Part shown: piece after piece, positions 17,601-27,139 of the stretch
Layout: every line of letters begins with the position of its first letter
How positions within the stretch are numbered: the first letter of the stretch is position 1
Assembly: GCA_937893445.1 (NCBI GenBank)
Contig: CALBFM010000057.1
Coordinates: forward strand, 1 to 41,935
Length of the DNA: 41,935 bases
Direction of reading: 5' to 3'
Source: an uncultured euryarchaeote
GTDB lineage: Archaea > Thermoplasmatota > Poseidoniia > MGIII > CG-Epi1
Program-made: the position numbers and the translations under genes
The notes under the pieces: model-generated
What the model saw: only the letters and a program-made list of their open reading frames with translations
Databases searched by the model: none
Told to the model about the DNA's origin: nothing

Positions 17601-18346
17601 ATGCGCACCAAATTGCGCGCAAGGTCGTGACCCGCTACATCGCGCAGCGGCGGCGGCTGCCTGAGCGCCGTACAGGTTACATCCAGAAGGCAAAGATTGG
17701 CGGCCACACAGTCTACCTCCACACCGGACAATACGAAGATGGCAGTCTAGGAGAAATATTCATTGACATGGCAAAGGAGGGCGCCGCCTTCCGCAGTCTG
17801 ATGAACTGCTTCGCAGTTGCTATCAGTCTAGGACTACAGCACGGCGTTCCACTGGAGGAGTTCGTCGACGCGTTTGTCTTCTCGCGCTTCGAGCCACTGG
17901 GACCAGTGCAAGGTAACGACCGCATCAAGATGGCGACCTCGATTGTTGACTATCTGTTCCGCGAACTGGCTATCAACTACCTCGGCCGCAGTGACCTAGG
18001 TCACGGCGTCACGGAGGAGGATTTGCGCCCCGACGCGCTGCGTTCGGTGGCGGAGGACGAGCTGGAAGAAGCGTCAATCGGCCGCTCCCCCCACGGTAAG
18101 GCGTCGGGAGACCAGCACGAAATCCAGATGACGCTCGATGACATGGGCAATTCGCCAGACCTAGCTCTCGAGACAGGATCGCTAACATCGGCCGTAAAAG
18201 GTAATCCACTACAGGCAATTGTTACAGAAGCTGTTCGCATGGGCTTCTCGGGAGATCCGTGCCCTGATTGCGGCCAGTTCATGCTAGTCCCCAACGGTAA
18301 CTGTTTCAAGTGTACTGGCTGCGGCGCGACGACTGGTTGCAGCTGA
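14666..18346 (+). CDS. nrdJ: Adenosylcobalamin-dependent (class II) ribonucleotide reductase
   Basis: [65 protein letters not shown], and a C-terminal CPDCG...CFKCTGCG zinc ribbon. The ATG at 14666 with an SD is preferred over the TTG at 14642. Confidence 0.92.
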   Translation: MPANPKGLGIERLFTEQGVEPFDLLEWKKRDTVIRNYDGTIAFEMQDVNLPTNYSQTAANVLAQKYFRKAGIPRKLKSVAEKEVPKWLYRSIPDTKALAKSTTENRSCSEKDGRQLFRRLAGTWTYWGWKHSYFATEADARAFYDELCYMLAAQIASPNSPQWFNTGLNWAYGIEGPAQGHYFVDPESGELERSTNAYEHPQPHACFIQSVSDDLVNEGGIMDLWTREARLFKFGSGTGSNFSAIRGDEEPLSGGGCSSGLMSFLKIGDRAAGAIKSGGTTRRAAKMVCLDMDHPDIEKFINWKVSEEEKVAALVAGSRQLQNHANEILAAIEAHPDTEEKFDQKLNQPLARAVRSALNDHVPETLVARVLELGGQGWNQLKVATFDTEWEGEAYGTVSGQNSNNSVRASNEFMEAALSNGEWKLYWRTEMETAAAEGREPEPCRKLPARELWEQISQAAWSCADPGIQFDTTINEWHTCAPDGPIRGSNPCSEYMFLDDTACNLASLNLGAFYDGKESMVRLDEYRHAIRLWTVVLEISVLMAQFPSEAIARRSYEYRTLGLGYANMGSLLMRMGIPYDDERAFAICGALTAILGGGSYTTSAEMARVKAPFPRYEHNRDCMLRVMRNHRRAAYNASSDEYEDLTVKPLAIDSAYCPEYLLNSAREVWDEAVSLGEQHGYRNAQVTVIAPTGTIGIQMDCDTTGIEPDFALVKLKTLAGGGTLRIINQSVPLALERLGYDETQCDEIIRYVLGNGTLEGAPSVNRESLKRKGLSGEIIDRLEKDIPTTSSLRMLVTPLHVGEEYCREKLAVAREQVNDLRFNLLEHLGYEPEEVQAADDYTFGRLTLEGAPYFKDTHLAVFDCANKCGQYGTRSISWHAHVRIMAAAQPFISGAISKTINMPHEATVTEISQAYEESWRTMNKSIALYRDGSKLSQPLMSGTSLAVALVEEEEEFLAEGIVSAEKATEIMAEALPGPNAHQIARKVVTRYIAQRRRLPERRTGYIQKAKIGGHTVYLHTGQYEDGSLGEIFIDMAKEGAAFRSLMNCFAVAISLGLQHGVPLEEFVDAFVFSRFEPLGPVQGNDRIKMATSIVDYLFRELAINYLGRSDLGHGVTEEDLRPDALRSVAEDELEEASIGRSPHGKASGDQHEIQMTLDDMGNSPDLALETGSLTSAVKGNPLQAIVTEAVRMGFSGDPCPDCGQFMLVPNGNCFKCTGCGATTGCS

Positions 18347-18353
18347 CCTAGCC

Positions 18354-20285
18354 TTACTCATCACCGAAATCTAGCGCCTCGTATTCTGCGAGCGACTCTG
18401 GGTTGGCGAGCGCGTCACGGTTCTGCACAGGCCGGCCGGTAACAGCGGCGAGCACCGCTTTTTCAACCTTTTTGCCTGAGATGGTGTAGGGAATATCAGT
18501 GACTGGCAATACGTGACGCGGGACGTGCCGCGGCGTGGTAGCGCTGCGAATTGCCTGGCATATTTGGTCGGCGAGAACATCGCTGAAGGTGGCGCCATGA
18601 GCCATTTTCACGCAGAGCACAATATCGACATCGCCTGCGACCGGGCGGCCGACAACGATGGTATCGGCGATTTCGGGCAGGTTCTCGACCGCACGGTAAA
18701 TCTCAGCGGTGCCAATGCGTACACCACCTGGGTTGAGCGTAGTGTCGCTGCGGCCGTAGATGGTAGCGCCACCCGCTGCAGTTATCTCGACAAAGTCGCC
18801 ATGGGTCCACACTTTGGGAAAATCCCCGAAATAGGCGGCGCGATACTTCGCGCCGTCCGGATCGTCCCAGAATCCAGTCGGCAGCGATGGAAATGGGCGC
18901 GTGCATACCAGCTCGCCGCACTCTCCTGTCAACCGCTCACCGTCTGGTGACCATGCCTGCACATCCATCCCCAGCTGCGCGCATTGCAGCTCGCCCCGCC
19001 GCACTGGCGAGAGCGGGTTGCCGCCGAGGAAGCAGCCGATGATGTCGGTGCCGCCTGAAATCGAAGCGAGGTGGAGGTCGTCGTGAACATTCTGGTAAAC
19101 CCAGTCAAACTGCTCCGGCACCAGTGGCGCGCCGGTCGAGAGCAGCGCGCGGAACTGCTGCAAATCGGCTTCGTCGCGCGGTACCAATCCAGCGTCAGCG
19201 CACGCCGATAGAAATTTGGGTGAGGTGCCAAAGTGGGTGATGCCAGTGCGCTCTGCCAGCCGCCACATCGCACCGAGGTCGGGATGTCCGGGGCTGCCGT
19301 CGTAGAGTACGATAGTAGCCCGTGAAGCGAGCGCACTGACGAGCCAGTTCCACATCATCCATCCACAGGTGGTGAACCAGAACAGACGATGCCCAGGCTG
19401 CAGGTCACACTGTAGTTGGTGCTCCTTCAGGTGCTGCAGTAGCGTCCCTCCGGTGCCATGCACGATTGACTTGGGTGGCCCGGTAGTTCCTGACGAGTAC
19501 ATGATATAGAGCGGATGATTGAAGTTCACCTGCGTGAACTCCGGTACCACAGTATTGTTCTGGAGTAGGTCAGGATATTCAACGACCGAGCTGTGTGCCA
19601 GCTCGCTCGGGACGTCGGCGAACGGGATGCGAACGACGTGCTCGATGCCAGAAATTTGCTCGAGTACGCCGTTCACCTTTGTGTCCATCGCAAAGCACCT
19701 GCCATTGTAGCGATAGCCGTCAGCTACGATGAGTAGCTGCGGTCGCACCTGCCCGAAGCGATCTACCACTCCTTGCGCGCCGAAATCGGGCGAGCAGGAA
19801 GTCCAGACGCCGCCCGAAGCAGTGGTGGCGAGCATCAGCACCAGCGTCTCAACACAGTTCGGCACGAACGCCGCTACACGGGACCCGTGGCGCAGTCCCA
19901 GCGCGCGCAAGCCAGTCTGCGCGCTGGCGACTCGCTGCTGCAGCTCACCGCGCGTCAACCGCTCGTCGTCACGCCCTTCACCGCAACCTATGATTGCTAG
20001 GCGGTCCGCGTCACCAGCGAGCAAATTCTCGGCATAGTTGAGTTGTGCACCGGGAAACCATTGTGCGTCTAGCATCTCTGTGTTGACTAGCACCTTGTCG
20101 TAGTCGTGACTGGCACGCAGTCCCGAGAACTTCCAGAAGTGCGCCCAGAAATCCTCCATCGCGTTGAGTGACCAGCGATGAACGTCAGTGTAGGTTTCGA
20201 GTTTCGTCGGTGCCGATTGCATGAAGCGCCAGAGTAGGCTCGCTTGCTGGCGTTCCTGAGACGGAGTCCAGAGGACGGGATTCAC
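18354..20285 (-). CDS. Acetoacetyl-CoA synthetase (acetoacetate-CoA ligase), AMP-forming
   Basis: Length 643 aa. YSSGTTGPPKSIVH AMP-binding motif, N-terminal LWTPSQER...FW pattern typical of AACS, and C-terminal PYTISGKKVE. Confidence 0.85.
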   Translation of the reverse strand: MNPVLWTPSQERQQASLLWRFMQSAPTKLETYTDVHRWSLNAMEDFWAHFWKFSGLRASHDYDKVLVNTEMLDAQWFPGAQLNYAENLLAGDADRLAIIGCGEGRDDERLTRGELQQRVASAQTGLRALGLRHGSRVAAFVPNCVETLVLMLATTASGGVWTSCSPDFGAQGVVDRFGQVRPQLLIVADGYRYNGRCFAMDTKVNGVLEQISGIEHVVRIPFADVPSELAHSSVVEYPDLLQNNTVVPEFTQVNFNHPLYIMYSSGTTGPPKSIVHGTGGTLLQHLKEHQLQCDLQPGHRLFWFTTCGWMMWNWLVSALASRATIVLYDGSPGHPDLGAMWRLAERTGITHFGTSPKFLSACADAGLVPRDEADLQQFRALLSTGAPLVPEQFDWVYQNVHDDLHLASISGGTDIIGCFLGGNPLSPVRRGELQCAQLGMDVQAWSPDGERLTGECGELVCTRPFPSLPTGFWDDPDGAKYRAAYFGDFPKVWTHGDFVEITAAGGATIYGRSDTTLNPGGVRIGTAEIYRAVENLPEIADTIVVGRPVAGDVDIVLCVKMAHGATFSDVLADQICQAIRSATTPRHVPRHVLPVTDIPYTISGKKVEKAVLAAVTGRPVQNRDALANPESLAEYEALDFGDE

Positions 20286-20313
20286 GGCGAGGCATTGCCC
20301 GCAGCTGAAAAAG

Positions 20314-21384
20314 CTACAGCATCCCGGCTTTCTGTATAACCATCAGCTGCTCAGTCGAAAGCTTGTCGCCGGAGAGGAACTTGCGGAATAGCTCTTCGGC
20401 GTTGGCTGCCGACTCGAATACGCTGACTTGGCTGGTGCCGCGCCGAAGCTCAGCGAGTCTCCTGTCTATTTCGGAGAGCTCGCGCAGCTGCTCGATGTAC
20501 TCGGCATGCACCTCATCTGCCAGCTCCTTGACGCGCACAAAGGCGCGCTGAGCACCATCCGCTCTCTTGCGCGTTTTGCGGTTCTCTCGCAACGCGTCAC
20601 GCATCGATTCGTGCTCCACCTGTGCATCTTCACGCGCGCGTTTCTTGCTCCGTAGCAAATCCTTGCGCTGTTGTTCGACCTGTCGGAAGCTATCCCGTGC
20701 CGCAGTGACCTCGACATCAGTCTCGAGCAGCTCGTCCTGCTCGCTAATCTGCGACTGCAGCGTCCCAATCTTTTCAACCAACACGCGCTCCTTTTTGATG
20801 CTCATTGAGCTGGTCATTTGCTTTAGCTCCAGCTCTTTTATTTGCCGTCTCAGCTTCGGAATAGGCGGCAGGTGGTTTCCGGCGAAGCGGGAGCGCTTGA
20901 TTTTCAGGAAATCTTCGCGCAGCTGGTCCACTTTTGGGCTCAGATCGCGTAGGTCGTCCCGTGTCTCGCCCACCTCAACGTTCAGTCCGTTGCGTCGGTC
21001 ACGGTGTGCATAGACCTGATTCATCAGTTCCTTGGCCCGCGCGTTTAACACGTCGCGCTCGGCGGCGTGAGACTGTGATTCCAGGTTCAGCACATCACGT
21101 TTGCGGCGTAGTTCTTCGGCCAGTGCATTAATCGCTTTACGGTGCTGCTTCAGCTCCCGGCGCGACAGCTTCGAGTAGTCGGGACCTTTTTCATCAGCTG
21201 TTGCCGGGGCCGTCTCTGTCTCGGCTAGTCGCGCCAGCAACACATTCTTGGTGCCAGAGACTGGGAGTTCGCGCTCGCGCAGCTTCTCTTTGAGTTCAAC
21301 GACCGTCAGGCCAGCGTATACGCTGGGTGCAGGCACGTCGCCTACCGGGGCGTCGGGGGCTGGTTCCTCGGTTTGGTTTTCCAT
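20314..21384 (-). CDS. SAP-domain protein with a long coiled coil (resembles the archaeal COG1340-type coiled-coil family)
   Basis: N-terminal LTVVELKEKLRERELPVSGTKNVLLARL matches the SAP/HeH consensus. The remaining roughly 280 aa are heptad-rich and charged. Confidence 0.7.
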   Translation of the reverse strand: MENQTEEPAPDAPVGDVPAPSVYAGLTVVELKEKLRERELPVSGTKNVLLARLAETETAPATADEKGPDYSKLSRRELKQHRKAINALAEELRRKRDVLNLESQSHAAERDVLNARAKELMNQVYAHRDRRNGLNVEVGETRDDLRDLSPKVDQLREDFLKIKRSRFAGNHLPPIPKLRRQIKELELKQMTSSMSIKKERVLVEKIGTLQSQISEQDELLETDVEVTAARDSFRQVEQQRKDLLRSKKRAREDAQVEHESMRDALRENRKTRKRADGAQRAFVRVKELADEVHAEYIEQLRELSEIDRRLAELRRGTSQVSVFESAANAEELFRKFLSGDKLSTEQLMVIQKAGML

Positions 21385-21417
21385 CGCTTCTCCCGGGGCA
21401 TTGCCCCGCTGGCGGGC

Positions 21418-21735
21418 CTAACCGAAGAGAGCACCGAGTCCTTCGACTGCTTCCTCTTCACTGACTTCTTCTTCCTCGGCCTCTGCTTCCTCGGTGGCAG
21501 CTTCCTCGCCGCCAGAGTCTCCACCGGACGGGGCCGACGCGGCGGCCGCTGGAGCGGCTACCGCAGCAGTGGCCATAGCTTCCTCGATGTCTACGCCTTC
21601 CAGCGCGGCAACGAGGGCTTCGGCCCTCCCCTTGTCGGTCTTCAGGCCTGCAGCCTTGAGGACCTTGGTGACGGACTTGGCGTCGATTTCGGCGCCCGCC
21701 GAGTTGAGCAGCATAGCCGAATAGATGTATTCCAT
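21418..21735 (-). CDS. rpl12: Ribosomal stalk protein P1 (archaeal L12)
   Basis: [14 protein letters not shown]..., an Ala-rich hinge and an acidic tail ending [17 protein letters not shown] lies 8 nt upstream of the ATG. Confidence 0.95.
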   Translation of the reverse strand: MEYIYSAMLLNSAGAEIDAKSVTKVLKAAGLKTDKGRAEALVAALEGVDIEEAMATAAVAAPAAAASAPSGGDSGGEEAATEEAEAEEEEVSEEEAVEGLGALFG

Positions 21736-21746
21736 TTTTTTTCCTC

Positions 21747-22754
21747 CTATTCGAACATGGCTCCTAATCCTGATACAGCGTCCTCCTCGGACGCTTTGTC
21801 TTGCTCAGCTTCCGGCTCCTCCCCAGCCTCAGCTTTCTTCGCCTGCACAGCCGGGGCTACAGCAGTTGCATCCTGCATTGCCTTCAGCTCGTTGTCGGCT
21901 CCATCGCCAGCATGGCTAGCGACGCCTAGCATCTGTCGATGCGCCTCGGCGAGCAGCGCGGAAATAGTATCCTCTGATGGCCACACCGCAGCCTTAGCGA
22001 CCGCCAGTGCCTCTGTGCGTGCTTTCACAACTAGTGGTACCGTGGTGGCAGAGCTGAACCAGCGCGTGTGCATAGCGAGGTTGAACGCTCCCACCACAGC
22101 CGACTGCAGTTGGCTGTGGAACTCATCATAATCAATATCCAGTATTTCGGGAGGGTAGAAATTTTGGCCATCATACGCGCCAAGTAGTTCCATCCCCATA
22201 GTAATCGGATATATCTCCAGTTTGGCCAGCGCCGCAGCCACTTGCGCCGAAATGCTGTCACCCTCAGCGACGGCAACGTGCCGTTTGCGAATCACAATCT
22301 GCCCCTTCTCGATGGCAGCCGGGAATCCAGCCTGTTGAAACTCACCAACAATAGGGCCAGCAGGGAACGGAGTTGCTCCTTTCTCGACTACGATATCTGC
22401 GCTTGCAACCTCGCCACCTCTGGCGGGCGCCATAGTTTCAGCCGCCTTGAGCAGGCTTGATATCGTGAACGGACTCCCGTCGCCGCTCAGCAGCGCTAAC
22501 TGTTCTTTACGAAACGCGTCAGCCAGCTTCTCGAGTCCAGGCCGCTTGGCAGCCACAGCCTCGATAGCGCGGCGCAGTAGCCGGTTACGACTCATACGCA
22601 CGCGTACTCCCCGCCCTCGCAGCGACTTACGCATCTCCATCATCTGTCGGGCAGGGATACCGCTCACATCGACCAGCGCTACGACTGGAGCTGCGAGATA
22701 TTCCTCGAGCTGCGCAATCTCGTCATGCTTCCACTGCGTGGCGACCGCTTGCAT
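21747..22754 (-). CDS. rpl10: Ribosomal protein uL10 (P0)
   Basis: [13 protein letters not shown]...[23 protein letters not shown], with an acidic tail ending [11 protein letters not shown]. The start overlaps the rpl1 stop by 1 nt (TGATG). Confidence 0.95.
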   Translation of the reverse strand: MQAVATQWKHDEIAQLEEYLAAPVVALVDVSGIPARQMMEMRKSLRGRGVRVRMSRNRLLRRAIEAVAAKRPGLEKLADAFRKEQLALLSGDGSPFTISSLLKAAETMAPARGGEVASADIVVEKGATPFPAGPIVGEFQQAGFPAAIEKGQIVIRKRHVAVAEGDSISAQVAAALAKLEIYPITMGMELLGAYDGQNFYPPEILDIDYDEFHSQLQSAVVGAFNLAMHTRWFSSATTVPLVVKARTEALAVAKAAVWPSEDTISALLAEAHRQMLGVASHAGDGADNELKAMQDATAVAPAVQAKKAEAGEEPEAEQDKASEEDAVSGLGAMFE

Positions 22755-23386
22755 CAGAGTCTCACCGCCTTGCCCATCGTGGTCTTGACCCAGACCGAAG
22801 CAATATTCTGGTCGCCACGGTCGAGGTGCGACTCGACCCGCTTGAGCACCGTCTCGAGGTTCTCTGCCAGCTGTTCCTGCTCCATTGCCACCGTACCTAT
22901 CGGCACGTGGAAAGTGGGGCGGTCGCGCGATCGCAGTACTACCAAGTTGCGCAGTCCGTCGATTACACGTGCGATGTCAGCGGTCGGCGGCACCGGTCGC
23001 GGCATCTTACCTCGCGGCCCCAGCACGACACCGAGTAACTTGCCGATATCAGCCATCATGCTTATTTCGGCAACAAAGTAGTCGATTCCGTCGACGACCT
23101 TGCGCGCGCGGCGCTTGTCGTTGGAGAGGTCTCCTAGCTCCTCGGGGGTAATCAGCAAGTCAGCATGTGCCTTGGCTTTTTCGGCCAGCTCCTTACGCGC
23201 GAAAATGGCAACGCGCGCCGGTCGGCCACGGCCGTGCGGTAGCGCTAGCTCATCGTTGATGCGTTTCTGCGGGTTCTGCAGATCGACATCGCGCAGATTG
23301 ATTGCGACGTCTACCGTCTCGGTGAACTTGCGCTCCTTGCGCGTCTCCAGGACATCTGCGATAGCCTGCTTTACGTCGCTTACGAT
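22754..23386 (-). CDS. rpl1: Ribosomal protein uL1; the 5' end is uncertain because there is no canonical in-frame start
   Basis: The track ORF (TTG at 23158) holds only the C-terminal two thirds. The same frame is open up to the stop at 23423-23425. It encodes ENIVSDVKQAIADVLETRKERKFTETVDVAINLRDVDLQNPQKRINDELALPHGRG, which is the normal uL1 N-terminus. Confidence 0.85.
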   Translation of the reverse strand: MVSDVKQAIADVLETRKERKFTETVDVAINLRDVDLQNPQKRINDELALPHGRGRPARVAIFARKELAEKAKAHADLLITPEELGDLSNDKRRARKVVDGIDYFVAEISMMADIGKLLGVVLGPRGKMPRPVPPTADIARVIDGLRNLVVLRSRDRPTFHVPIGTVAMEQEQLAENLETVLKRVESHLDRGDQNIASVWVKTTMGKAVRL

Positions 23387-23450
23387 GTTTTCACCCCCGT
23401 AGTATGCGGGACAGCGCCCCTCCTACGGACTTTGCGCCGGACACCGGCTA

Positions 23451-23458
23451 TTATTTAA
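23451..23458. promoter_or_regulatory. TATA-like TTATTTAA in the rpl1 / ABC divergent spacer
   Basis: This is the only AT-rich element in the GC-rich spacer 23426-23507. Confidence 0.35.
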
Positions 23459-23507
23459 GACTGGGGTCAGCCGGCGACCACAAAACCCCCTCGCTGCTGC
23501 GCCGGCC

Positions 23508-24407
23508 GTGATTGAGGCGCGCAGGCTTGTGAAGCAGTTTGGCGCGGTGACCGCGTTGGCCGGCCTGAGCGTCGCGGTGCCTGAGGGACGAGTCGGGCTA
23601 CTCGGCCCCAATGGCGCCGGCAAGTCTACCTTCATCAAGCTCGCGCTCGGAATATTCTCGCCAACATCTGGTTCGGTCGAGGTGCTCGGCGAGTCAGTCA
23701 CGACAGCTGGTCCTACTCTAAGGCAGCGTATCGGCTACATGCCAGAGCATGACTGCCTGCCCGACCGCCTGACTGGAGTGGAATTTGTGGTCGAGATGGC
23801 GCAGACCTCAGGGATGGCACGACAGGCAGCAATCCAGCGCACACATGAAGTGCTGAATCATTTGCGCATGGGGGAAGAGAAATATCGCCCCATCTCAGAG
23901 TACAGTGGAGGTATGCGACAGAAGGTGAAGCTGGCGCAGGGGCTTGTGCACGGCCCTGAACTGGTAATTCTCGACGAACCCACCTCGGGGCTGGACCCGC
24001 AAGCACGGCGTGAGATGCTGCGCACAATTCGCACGCTGACCGAGCTAGGGCATTCCAACGTGTTGCTATCAACACATATACTGCACGACGTCGAACAGAT
24101 ATGTGATCATGTCATTATCGTTTCTCAGGGGAAGCTACAGATGGTCGAGCAGGTCGAGAGTCTGCTAGCCAAGTTGGAGGACTGGGTCGAGGTGCGTGTT
24201 GGTGAACCACGCGACGCGTTCTGTGCCGAGCTCAAGAAGCGCAAGCTGGATTGGCAGGAGCACGGACCTGCTCTGCGCGTTAGCTTCCGCGGTGACGAGA
24301 CTTTTGACGTAATCATCGCGGCAGCCGAGGAGAGTGGAGCACCGCTGCTACAGATGGAAAGAGCAACCCGAGCGCTGGAAGACCTGTACCTGGAGGTTGT
24401 AAAGTGA
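23508..24407 (+). CDS. ABC transporter ATP-binding protein (ABC-2 type), copy 1
   Basis: GPNGAGKST, YSGGMRQKVKLAQ, ILDEPTSGLDP, and a C-terminal accessory domain. Confidence 0.9.
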   Translation: MIEARRLVKQFGAVTALAGLSVAVPEGRVGLLGPNGAGKSTFIKLALGIFSPTSGSVEVLGESVTTAGPTLRQRIGYMPEHDCLPDRLTGVEFVVEMAQTSGMARQAAIQRTHEVLNHLRMGEEKYRPISEYSGGMRQKVKLAQGLVHGPELVILDEPTSGLDPQARREMLRTIRTLTELGHSNVLLSTHILHDVEQICDHVIIVSQGKLQMVEQVESLLAKLEDWVEVRVGEPRDAFCAELKKRKLDWQEHGPALRVSFRGDETFDVIIAAAEESGAPLLQMERATRALEDLYLEVVK

Positions 24408-25291
24408 ATGAAGCACGCGTGATGGAACGCTATCGTCGCTACACCGCCGTATTGGGTGGCCGGCCTGCCATCATCTGGGGTGTGGGCTGGCGTGAGTTCG
24501 GACGCATGATACGCAACCGATGGGTCCAGTTGGTAATCGGACTGGTATGGCTACAAACATTGCTGATGGCATTGATAATCCTGCCATTCCAGACAGACCC
24601 GCAGCCCATTCACCTGCTACTCTACGGCGACTTGGTCTCTTTCGGGCCCACCGGTGAAACCTTTGGCATCCGCATACATCTGGTGCTGCTGGCTGCGATT
24701 ACCGGCGGCCAGCTGATTTCACGGGACCTCTCCGACCAGTCTATTCACCTCTATCTAGCGCGCCCGCTCACCCGCGTTGACTATCTGCTGGCACGGCTGC
24801 TGACACTGCTGCTGCTCTTCCTGCTGGCGGCATTGCTCCCCAACCTGTACCTGATATTGGTGCAGTGGACAGACAGCGGCTATGCGCTGGGGTGGCTCGG
24901 CGACCACCGCTGGATGCTGCTCGCTACTCTGGGCTACGGTCTGGTAGTAACAGTTACCTTTTCGCTCATCGCCCTGGCATGTTCGGCCCTGACCAGCCGC
25001 AGTGGCTTCGCAGCGGCTGGCTTCTTCCTCGCAGTTTACTTCCCGTCGTTCCTGGTCGAAACTGGCTACGGGCTAGTGCAGGATGAACGCATCCTGCTCT
25101 TTTCGGTACTGCACCTGCTCGACATGGTGGGTCACGGGATGTTCGATGCGCCGCAATGGGTCACTGTGTTTGGCTTCACTTTCGAAGTTGAACTGGGCTG
25201 GCGTACACCGTTTCTGCTGTTGGCGGCAATCTGGACCGCAACAGCCTCCGCAGTCACATTGCGACTACAGCGGCTGGAGGTGACACGCTGA
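24404..25291 (+). CDS. ABC-2 type permease, copy 1
   Basis: About 6 TM segments. The GTG start overlaps the ATPase stop (GTGA). Confidence 0.75.
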   Translation: MNEARVMERYRRYTAVLGGRPAIIWGVGWREFGRMIRNRWVQLVIGLVWLQTLLMALIILPFQTDPQPIHLLLYGDLVSFGPTGETFGIRIHLVLLAAITGGQLISRDLSDQSIHLYLARPLTRVDYLLARLLTLLLLFLLAALLPNLYLILVQWTDSGYALGWLGDHRWMLLATLGYGLVVTVTFSLIALACSALTSRSGFAAAGFFLAVYFPSFLVETGYGLVQDERILLFSVLHLLDMVGHGMFDAPQWVTVFGFTFEVELGWRTPFLLLAAIWTATASAVTLRLQRLEVTR

Positions 25292-26226
25292 GTATCATCC
25301 TTGAGGGCGCGACGCGCAACTACGGGCTGGTCCAAGGTGTTTCCAACGTCTCGATTACGCTCGAGTCCGGCATCACCGGCATCCTTGGGCCGAATGGCGC
25401 CGGCAAGAGCACACTGATGAAGCTTGTACTGGGGCTGGCGCGACCATCACTAGGGAGCGTCAGCATCGATGGGCGCAACCCCGCCAGCGACTGGGAGCTG
25501 CGCAGCCGCTTCGGCTTCGTCCCGGAGTACGAGTGCTTCTATGACCACATGACCGGCCGTGGATACGTCGCGCACTTCCTACAGCTTCAGGGAGTTTCAC
25601 CGGATGAGGCAGGTGAGCGCGCGGCGGACCTGCTCGATGACCTTGGACTCGTTGAGGCTATGGAGAGACGTATTCGCACCTACTCGCATGGGATGCGCCA
25701 GAAAACTAAATTTGCCCGGGCAATTGCACACGACCCAGACATTCTGGTCCTGGACGAACCTTTCCAAGGCACCGATCCAACGACACGCCGCCAGCTGATG
25801 GAACGCATCCGGAAATGGGCTGGCGAGGGACGTACCATCCTACTTTCAAGCCATATCCTACACGATGTTGAAGCGCTGACTGACAGTATTGTATTCCTCT
25901 CGGGCGGGCAGGTATTAGCTGTTGGCGACCGGCACGCCATCCAGAAGCTGATGCCACATGTGAGGCAGAAAGTACGGCTTACTCCTGCTGATGCTGGACA
26001 GCGGGGGCAACTGGCGCGACTGCTGCTCGAACAACCGTCAATTGAAGGTGTTTCGTTGCAGCGCGACTGGGTCGAGATCGATACTAGCAACGCTGAGGCG
26101 TTTCATCAAGCGCTGCCACCGCTGCTGCGCAAGGCAAAGATTGCGATTCACGGTATTGACTCGCCTGGCGAGGACCTGGAAGCGCTCTACGAGAAACTGG
26201 TTGGAGGGGAACAATGGGAAGCATAG
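25288..26226 (+). CDS. ABC transporter ATP-binding protein (ABC-2 type), copy 2; apparent CTG start
   Basis: The track ORF (ATG 25417) starts after the Walker A motif. The frame is open upstream and encodes SIILEGATRNYGLVQGVSNVSITLESGITGILGPNGAGKSTLMK. The only plausible initiator is CTG at 25288, which overlaps the permease stop (CTGA). Confidence 0.8.
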   Translation: MSIILEGATRNYGLVQGVSNVSITLESGITGILGPNGAGKSTLMKLVLGLARPSLGSVSIDGRNPASDWELRSRFGFVPEYECFYDHMTGRGYVAHFLQLQGVSPDEAGERAADLLDDLGLVEAMERRIRTYSHGMRQKTKFARAIAHDPDILVLDEPFQGTDPTTRRQLMERIRKWAGEGRTILLSSHILHDVEALTDSIVFLSGGQVLAVGDRHAIQKLMPHVRQKVRLTPADAGQRGQLARLLLEQPSIEGVSLQRDWVEIDTSNAEAFHQALPPLLRKAKIAIHGIDSPGEDLEALYEKLVGGEQWEA

Positions 26227-27107
26227 GCAAGGAACTTGAACGGATGCTGCAAGTTGGCCGCCCGGTCTTCCTGGATGGAATACGGCAGTTCCTGCTGGCG
26301 CGCAGCACATTGATTATCGCGGCGCTGCTGCTAACCCCCTGCCTGCTCTCGGGCTGGTACTGGTACGACAATCGCGGCGAGACGGAAACGCAGGTCATCA
26401 ACGGGGAGGAGGTGCGCGTAAGCTTCGACGGGGAGCCGCTGCATGAATTCATGGCGGACATGTTCTACGGCCTCGCGTTTCACGTCTACTTGCCTATGGT
26501 AATGGCACTGGTGGCGCTGCTGGGGGCAGCGGAGTTACTCGACAGTGAGTTCCAGAAGAATACAATGCAGCTACTACGCACCTCGCCGGTGCGGATGTAC
26601 GAAATTCTGCTGCCAAAACTGCTCGCCGGTACAGTCGGTACCTTCCTCGCCGTGGGAGTGCCGCTTACCTGCCTATACTTTGCACTGCTGGTGCACGCTG
26701 GTAGTTTCGGTCTGCGCGAGCACTTACCATTGTTATGGGCGGCACTCGGGACGCTGCTACTGGCTTCACTAGCCTATAGTGGGATTTTCCTGTTAATCAA
26801 TGCCCTAGTAAGGCGTCCACTACCCGTATCACTGGTCTACTGGCTAGTGTGGGAAGTAATAATGAGTGGTGGCAGTTCACAGCGTTTCACCGTCATGCAC
26901 TACCTCCGGTCTTTTGCGCTTCCAAGGCTGGATTATCTGGGAATCGTTGCAGATGACCTTAATCTTGCCATCGAGAACACGAGTGGGGATTTGCCTGAAC
27001 TTGTCTCCATCGCTACCGATCCGCTGCAGGCAGTTGCTGTGCTGTTGGCGTTAACAGCAGTTACCATGCTGCTCTCGACGCGTTTGCTCGAGCGCAAGCA
27101 ATTCTGA
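26214..27107 (+). CDS. ABC-2 type permease, copy 2
   Basis: Multi-TM protein with a 13-nt overlap onto the ATPase 2 stop. Confidence 0.75.
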   Translation: MGSIGKELERMLQVGRPVFLDGIRQFLLARSTLIIAALLLTPCLLSGWYWYDNRGETETQVINGEEVRVSFDGEPLHEFMADMFYGLAFHVYLPMVMALVALLGAAELLDSEFQKNTMQLLRTSPVRMYEILLPKLLAGTVGTFLAVGVPLTCLYFALLVHAGSFGLREHLPLLWAALGTLLLASLAYSGIFLLINALVRRPLPVSLVYWLVWEVIMSGGSSQRFTVMHYLRSFALPRLDYLGIVADDLNLAIENTSGDLPELVSIATDPLQAVAVLLALTAVTMLLSTRLLERKQF

Positions 27108-27139
27108 AAGCTCGGAGTATGGCTTTGCGTGCGGCCGCG

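Noticed and set aside
14666-18346. A possible intein, given the 1226-aa length of the RNR.
   Set aside because: Catalytic motifs are contiguous ([21 protein letters not shown]). There are no C/S...HN-C/S/T splice-junction blocks or homing-endonuclease motifs. The extra length is the usual long-form NrdJ insert plus the zinc-ribbon tail.
21394-21408. A GC hairpin (CGGGGC-att-GCCCCG) between rpl12 and the coiled-coil gene.
   Set aside because: It has only 6 bp with a 3-nt loop. It could arise by chance in GC-rich DNA, no T-tract follows it, and it is not strong enough to call a terminator or regulatory element.
21373-22131. 252-aa plus-strand ORF.
   Set aside because: It lies antisense to rpl12 and rpl10, which are unambiguous, and its translation is low-complexity Ala/Ser.
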